This document shows, piece after piece, positions 36,510 through 43,016 of a stretch of DNA of 43,016 nucleotides. How positions within the stretch are numbered: the stretch's first letter is position 1; each line of letters begins with the position of its first letter. Made by a program: the position numbers and the translations under genes. The notes under the pieces were generated by a model. The model saw only the letters and a list, made by a program, of their open reading frames with translations. It did no database searches and was not told the DNA's origin. The stretch is from Bacteroidota bacterium (GTDB lineage Bacteria; Bacteroidota; Bacteroidia; Bacteroidales; UBA12077): positions 1-43,016 of the forward strand of contig JBNJFN010000001.1 in assembly GCA_051746885.1 (NCBI GenBank), written 5' to 3'.

Positions 36510-37390
36510 TTAATATTGTCAATCAACGTTGTCATCTCTTTTTTCAATTCTTCGCTGGCTGGTACCAGCGGCAACCTCAGATGATTCTCAATGAGGCCCT
36601 TTATGTTCAATGCACATTTTATGCCAGCAGGGTTGCCTTCGGCAAATAATTTTTCTATAATGGGCAACATTTTGTAATGGATTTCCCGGGCCGATTGAAA
36701 ATCATTCTTAAGGGCATAATTGATCATTGTTGCCCATTCTTTCGGGAAAGCATTTCCAACTACTGAAATGACCCCCTCAATTCCAATGGCCATTAAAGGA
36801 AGGGTAATGCCGTCTTCACCTGAAACTACCGTAAAGTCTTCGGGTTTATTCTGGATGATATGCATAGCTTGTGTGAAGCTTCCCGAAGCTTCTTTAACAG
36901 CAACAATATTGTCAAAATCCTTAGCCAGTTGTACAATGGTTTCGGGTGCAATGTTTTTTCCCGTACGGCCGGGCACATTGTATAAAATGACTGGAACAGG
37001 GCTTTTCTCGGCAATGGCCTTAAAGTGTTGATAAAGTCCTTTCTGTGTGGGTTTGTTGTAATAGGGAGTTACCGAAAGAATGCCGTCGATGCCCTGGAAA
37101 TCGGTTTTTTCTATTTTTTCAAGAATGGCGGCCGTATGGTTTCCGCCTATTCCAAGCACAAAAGGCAATCCCCCCTTATTTGCCTCTTTGACTGTATCCA
37201 CAACAGCTTTTTTTTCCTCGTCGGCAAGGGTGACCGATTCTCCTGTGGTTCCGAGAATAACCAAAAAATCAATGTAGTTTTCCCTCAGAAAATGGATGTG
37301 TTTCTTTAATGCGCCATGATCTATGGAATGATCTGCTGTAAAGGGTGTGGTTACAGCAACACCGGTACCAACAAACTTCTGGGTAGACAT
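36506..37390 (-). CDS. dapA: 4-hydroxy-tetrahydrodipicolinate synthase
   Basis: 294 aa. Motifs are GTTGES, YNVPGRTG and the Schiff-base Lys in AVKEASG. Confidence 0.94.
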   Translation of the reverse strand: MSTQKFVGTGVAVTTPFTADHSIDHGALKKHIHFLRENYIDFLVILGTTGESVTLADEEKKAVVDTVKEANKGGLPFVLGIGGNHTAAILEKIEKTDFQGIDGILSVTPYYNKPTQKGLYQHFKAIAEKSPVPVILYNVPGRTGKNIAPETIVQLAKDFDNIVAVKEASGSFTQAMHIIQNKPEDFTVVSGEDGITLPLMAIGIEGVISVVGNAFPKEWATMINYALKNDFQSAREIHYKMLPIIEKLFAEGNPAGIKCALNIKGLIENHLRLPLVPASEELKKEMTTLIDNIK

Positions 37391-37394
37391 AACA

Positions 37395-37967
37395 TTATTC
37401 CTCTTTATTGATTCGACTTATGTAATATTTTATCTGATCTATGAAATACTTGATATCTTGCTGGTCATCAATCCGAAACATCATGTCATGTTCTTTGCCC
37501 GATTTTGATTCTCTTCCGATCTTAAGCCGGGCTTTGGACAGATTGTTTACATATTTGGACGGAAACTGATCCGAAGGGGTAAGGTCAAACAGTATGTCAA
37601 AATGTTTGGCTGTGAATTTTTCGATGATGGGATCCTTGGGAATATACAGCCAGTTAAGATCCTGGGAAGTGAATATGTTGATCCGACTTACACCGATGTA
37701 GTTATTTGGGATTTCTTTCTCCGGGCAGTAGGCAAGCGTAAAGGTTTGAAGCTTTTTACCGGCCAAAAAATCAAGAAATTCCTTTATGGTTTGGTAAGAT
37801 TGACTCTGGTCCAGCGAAAACAATACCCCTACTGTTTGGGCAGTGTCAAAGTTAAATACTGCCTTTTTCCGTGTAAAAGACTTTCGTCTTCTTCTTAACA
37901 GCCAGTTGGCCAGTTTTAATTTTGCCTTTTTCAAGATATTTACTTTATAAGAATTAACAGGTCTCAA
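37395..37967 (-). CDS. conserved-looking hypothetical protein between ligA and dapA
   Basis: ~190 aa. The ORF has a non-ATG start (TTG at 37967, start uncertain). It ends 4 nt before the dapA start, so it appears to be in the same operon. Confidence 0.45.
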   Translation of the reverse strand: MRPVNSYKVNILKKAKLKLANWLLRRRRKSFTRKKAVFNFDTAQTVGVLFSLDQSQSYQTIKEFLDFLAGKKLQTFTLAYCPEKEIPNNYIGVSRINIFTSQDLNWLYIPKDPIIEKFTAKHFDILFDLTPSDQFPSKYVNNLSKARLKIGRESKSGKEHDMMFRIDDQQDIKYFIDQIKYYISRINKEE

Positions 37968-37988
37968 ATATATACATTTCTTGAAAGA

Positions 37989-40067
<2,079 letters not shown>

Positions 40068-40098
40068 TCATTTATTCCCTGATTTTTATATGTAAAAT

Positions 40099-40140
40099 GT
40101 GGCTGTTCAAAAAGTTTTTGTGTTCTTTTTGAACAGCCAC
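40099..40140 (-). terminator. terminator hairpin downstream of the PEBP gene
   Basis: The perfect 15-bp stem is GTGGCTGTTCAAAAA (40099-40113) with TTTTTGAACAGCCAC (40126-40140). Confidence 0.6.
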
Positions 40141-40170
40141 TCAATTCTTCAAATTATTCCCGGGAAATGA

Positions 40171-40728
40171 TCATTTTTGAAACTTACCCATCAGTTCAGC
40201 CCTGGCTATAGTATGTTCCTCTACTTTTTTGTCGAATTCGTCCATAGAGTTGATATTTCCCAGGGTTTCAGCATCAAGGGCATGGAGTCTGAAATAATAC
40301 CTGTGTACACCGGAAGGCGGACATGGTCCACCATAATCTTCCTTTCCAAAGTTGTTCTCAACTTGTTTGCCTGGTACAGAATTTTCCTCAATTTTCCCAA
40401 CATCTTTGTCAATGTCATAGACCAACCAGTGAACAAATGTTCCGATAGGTGCATCCGGATCTTTCACGCTTAAAGCAAAGCTTTTTGTGCCTCCAGGTAC
40501 ATTTTCCCATCGCAGTTCAGGATTCAGATCCTCTCCTTTGCAGGAATACTTTTTGGGGATAAATTCCTCGTTTTTGAATGCCGGACTGTAAAGTTCCATA
40601 GCAATACCTCCTGATTTTTTTTGTTTTTTATTTTTTTGTGAGCTTAATGATTGCAGTCCCACAATGAAAACAACCAGTACCAATCCAAGTGTAATAATGA
40701 AATACCGTTGGATTTCCTTTTTTGTCAT
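40171..40728 (-). CDS. YbhB/YbcL (PEBP / Raf-kinase-inhibitor-like) family protein with an N-terminal membrane/signal segment
   Basis: DPDAPIGTFVHWLVYDI and GGPCPPSGVHRYYFRLHALD are PEBP signatures. The ATG at 40728 lies 27 nt downstream of a minus-strand TACTTTTG -7 box (40755-40762). Confidence 0.85.
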   Translation of the reverse strand: MTKKEIQRYFIITLGLVLVVFIVGLQSLSSQKNKKQKKSGGIAMELYSPAFKNEEFIPKKYSCKGEDLNPELRWENVPGGTKSFALSVKDPDAPIGTFVHWLVYDIDKDVGKIEENSVPGKQVENNFGKEDYGGPCPPSGVHRYYFRLHALDAETLGNINSMDEFDKKVEEHTIARAELMGKFQK

Positions 40729-41000
40729 CTTAAAATAATGAATTGATTTATTTTCAAAAGTACATAAATTACTTAGGATTGTCAATACATAAACCCAATA
40801 GTTATCAGTTCCGTTATCAAAAATTTTATACCTGCTACATTTTTATTATATTGCCATGCCAATATGTTGAATATACCAGGTTAAATATTGATGAACAAGG
40901 CGAACGGCTACTTTGGCTTCCTGGGTGTGAGAAATGATACTTCTTGTACGAAGCTGAAAATAGCTAAACGTCTTTTTACAAAAAAAAAAGGGGGATTCAA

Positions 41001-42434
41001 ATGAAAGATATCAATGAATTCAAACGTCATGCCCATGAAGTGGTTGAATGGATAACCCGTTATTTTGAGGAAATAGAAAATTATCCGGTAAAATCGCAGG
41101 TTAATCCCGGTGAGATTTATCAGGAATTTCCCGATCAGCTTCCGGAGCAAGGGGAAAATATTTCTCAGATCCTCTCCGATTTTGATGACATTTTGATGAA
41201 GGGCATCAGTCACTGGCAGAGCCCGAAGTTTTTTGCCTATTTTCCTGCCAATTCCAGCCTGCCTTCATTGCTGGCTGAGATGATGACTGCAGCTATCGGG
41301 GCTCAGTGTATGAAATGGGAGACTTCTCCTGCTGCGGCTGAGCTTGAGGAAAAGGTCATTGATTGGTTGAAGGGAGCAACCGGCCTTCCCACAGTTTTTC
41401 AGGGAACGATCCAGGATTCTGCTTCAACAGCCACGCTGGTTTCCTTGCTAACGGCAAGAGAAAAATTTACAGATTACAGGATTAATGAAGAAGGTTTCAG
41501 AGACAGCGGGACTTTTAGAATTTATTGTTCTGAAGAAACCCACTCTTCCATAGAAAAGGGTGTAAAGATTGCAGGGTTCGGAAGAGAAAACCTGGTCAGA
41601 GTGGAGGTAGATGATTTCTACCGGCTTAAGCCTGATAAGCTGGACGAAGCCATTGAGCGTGATAAATCAGAGGGTAAGGTTCCTTTGTGTATCATTGCGA
41701 CGTTGGGTACTACCGGTTCAACAGCCATTGATCCTTTGGCTGAAATTGCCCGTATAAGGAAGAAACATAATCTGTGGCTTCATGTGGATGCCGCCTATTC
41801 AGGATCTGCCTTGATTCTTCCTGAATATCAGTGGATGATTGAAGGCGTCGAAGAAGCAGATACATTTGTATTCAATCCCCATAAATGGCTTTTCACCAAT
41901 TTCGATTGTTCTGCCTATTTTGTTAAGGACAAGCGGGCCCTGGTCAATACATTTCAACTCGTTCCCGAATACCTGAAAACCCGTTCGGATGAGCAGGTAA
42001 ACAACTACTCCGATTGGACGATCCCGCTCGGGAGGCGTTTTCGTGCACTGAAACTTTGGTTTGTCCTGCGCTATTATGGTCTTGAAGGCTTGCAGCAAAA
42101 GCTCAGGGAACACATTGCCATGGCCGGGGAAATGAAACAATGGATTGAGCAACATGAGGATTTTGAGATGCTTGCGCCGGTTATCATGAATCTGGTGTGT
42201 TTCCGGTATAATCCGGGAAATGTCGACTCCGAAGAGCAGCTCAACCGGTTGAATGAGCAATTGCTTCATGAGATCAACCGGAGCGGAGAACTTTATATGT
42301 CACATACCAAATTATCGGGGAGATATACCCTGCGTATGGTCATTGCCCAAACCGATGTGGAGAAGCACCATGTGGAAGAAGCGTGGAGGGTGATAAGGGA
42401 AAAAGCAAAACAATTGTTTGATAAAGAAATTTAG
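41001..42434 (+). CDS. PLP-dependent group II decarboxylase, aromatic-L-amino-acid decarboxylase (DDC)-like
   Basis: 477 aa. It is collinear by eye with animal/plant DDC: HWQSPKFFAYFP, then VFNPHKWLFTNFDCSAYFVKD with the PLP lysine. GGGGGA lies 5 nt upstream of the ATG. Confidence 0.88.
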   Translation: MKDINEFKRHAHEVVEWITRYFEEIENYPVKSQVNPGEIYQEFPDQLPEQGENISQILSDFDDILMKGISHWQSPKFFAYFPANSSLPSLLAEMMTAAIGAQCMKWETSPAAAELEEKVIDWLKGATGLPTVFQGTIQDSASTATLVSLLTAREKFTDYRINEEGFRDSGTFRIYCSEETHSSIEKGVKIAGFGRENLVRVEVDDFYRLKPDKLDEAIERDKSEGKVPLCIIATLGTTGSTAIDPLAEIARIRKKHNLWLHVDAAYSGSALILPEYQWMIEGVEEADTFVFNPHKWLFTNFDCSAYFVKDKRALVNTFQLVPEYLKTRSDEQVNNYSDWTIPLGRRFRALKLWFVLRYYGLEGLQQKLREHIAMAGEMKQWIEQHEDFEMLAPVIMNLVCFRYNPGNVDSEEQLNRLNEQLLHEINRSGELYMSHTKLSGRYTLRMVIAQTDVEKHHVEEAWRVIREKAKQLFDKEI

Positions 42435-42498
42435 AATTTACCTACCTATAAGCACCAAACAACAAGCAACAAATCCCAAATAACAAATCACAAATAAT

Positions 42499-42594
42499 CA
42501 CCCTGCCTCATCGGCAGGCAGGCAATCACCAATTTTCCAATGACCCAAACACCAAAGGCAAGGTCTGGTGGATAAAGGTTTTCTGTGGGGTTTT
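42499..42594 (+). repeat. direct repeat copy A (GC hairpin plus 64-nt identical block)
   Basis: The hairpin is CCTGCC/GGCAGG (42502-42518). The block AATTTTCCAATGACCCAAACACCAAAGGCAAGGTCTGGTGGATAAAGGTTTTCTGTGGGGTTTT (42531-42594) is identical to 42904-42967. Confidence 0.8.
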
Positions 42595-42657
42595 CTGTCG
42601 TTGATAGGGTATATTGGGATTCGGTCCATATGGTTGATTTCGTCCGTATGTGTTGGT

Positions 42658-42691
42658 TTTGTAGAGACACGCCGCGGCGTGTCTCTACAAA
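42658..42691. repeat. 34-nt perfect palindrome
   Basis: The sequence is TTTGTAGAGACACGCCG|CGGCGTGTCTCTACAAA, with 17-nt arms and no loop. Confidence 0.85.
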
Positions 42692-42866
42692 CGGCACATG
42701 CCAATCCAAACGGTGTACCCACATAATGATAATCACCCATTTGAAACGGTCATCCAATCCAATATATACCGAATTCAACAAAATCGAACGGCACCAACCA
42801 ATTCACAATATGTCCTAAACGGCATGTTCCGTATAAAAAACATGGCCAATCCATCAGATCTCAAAT

Positions 42867-42967
42867 ACACCTGCCCGACGGCAGGCGGGAATCTCAATCA
42901 CCGAATTTTCCAATGACCCAAACACCAAAGGCAAGGTCTGGTGGATAAAGGTTTTCTGTGGGGTTTT
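42867..42967 (+). repeat. direct repeat copy B
   Basis: The hairpin is CCTGCC/GGCAGG (42870-42885). The identical 64-nt block lies at 42904-42967, with a period of 373 nt relative to copy A. Confidence 0.8.
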
Positions 42968-43016
42968 GAATTTCGGTAATTGAAATTTGGATATTGTTTG
43001 AAATTTGATGCTTGTT

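Larger units (their letters stand above)
42461..43016. repeat. composite repeat element bounded by imperfect terminal inverted repeats, running to the window end
   Basis: The left end AACAAGCAACAAATCCCAAATAA (42461-42483) is 19/23 complementary to the right end TTGTTTGAAATTTGATGCTTGTT (42994-43016). The internal structure is listed in the next entries. Confidence 0.55.

Noticed and set aside
42488-42916. Four predicted ORFs of 72-97 aa on both strands inside the terminal repeat element.
   Set aside because: They overlap each other and read through the 34-nt palindrome and the direct repeats, which gives mirror peptides such as RDTPRRVST on both strands. They have no plausible start context and resemble no protein family. 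I treated them as translation artefacts of repeat DNA.
42499-42967. Possible CRISPR array, because identical direct repeats are separated by unique sequence.
   Set aside because: Only two copies are present. The repeat unit is 64-100 nt and the period is 373 nt, far outside CRISPR repeat and spacer sizes. There are no cas genes in the window.

Overview
This 43-kb window reads as chromosomal DNA from an anaerobic member of the Bacteroidota. Supporting signs are a T9SS C-terminal sorting domain on a secreted protease, many Cys-lipobox lipoproteins, TAnnTTTG-type -7 promoter boxes and few Shine-Dalgarno sites. I call 36 protein genes. I found no rRNA or tRNA genes, no transposase, integrase or phage genes, and no CRISPR array. 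Most genes are housekeeping: argE-like/argH, trpB, queE, tilS, aroC, sucC, dapA, ligA, peptidases and envelope proteins. The centrepiece (18.4-27.1 kb) is an [FeFe]-hydrogenase locus. It starts with a tightly packed six-gene sensor/regulatory operon: DRTGG, GHKL-ATPase, HydS-like hydrogenase, DRTGG, PHP, GHKL-ATPase. A structural operon follows: a Cys-less ferredoxin-like protein, NuoF-like HydB, HydA and NuoE-like HydC. Both operons are preceded by the same ~75-bp promoter/operator block, which includes a 33-nt perfectly identical core. Other items worth a second look are a class III cyclase-HD fusion, an orphan radical-SAM/SPASM-like enzyme, an orphan trpB and a eukaryote-like aromatic amino-acid decarboxylase. 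There is also a family of nested-hairpin, strand-skewed (A/C-rich vs T/G-rich) intergenic elements at three 3' gene ends. The largest of these (42461-43016) runs exactly to the window end. Nothing here looks like a defence island or a mobile element. The most interesting unexplained biology is the hydrogenase-linked signalling module, which has no recognisable output domain, together with its shared operator. All calls are by-eye motif recognition, and no database search was possible.
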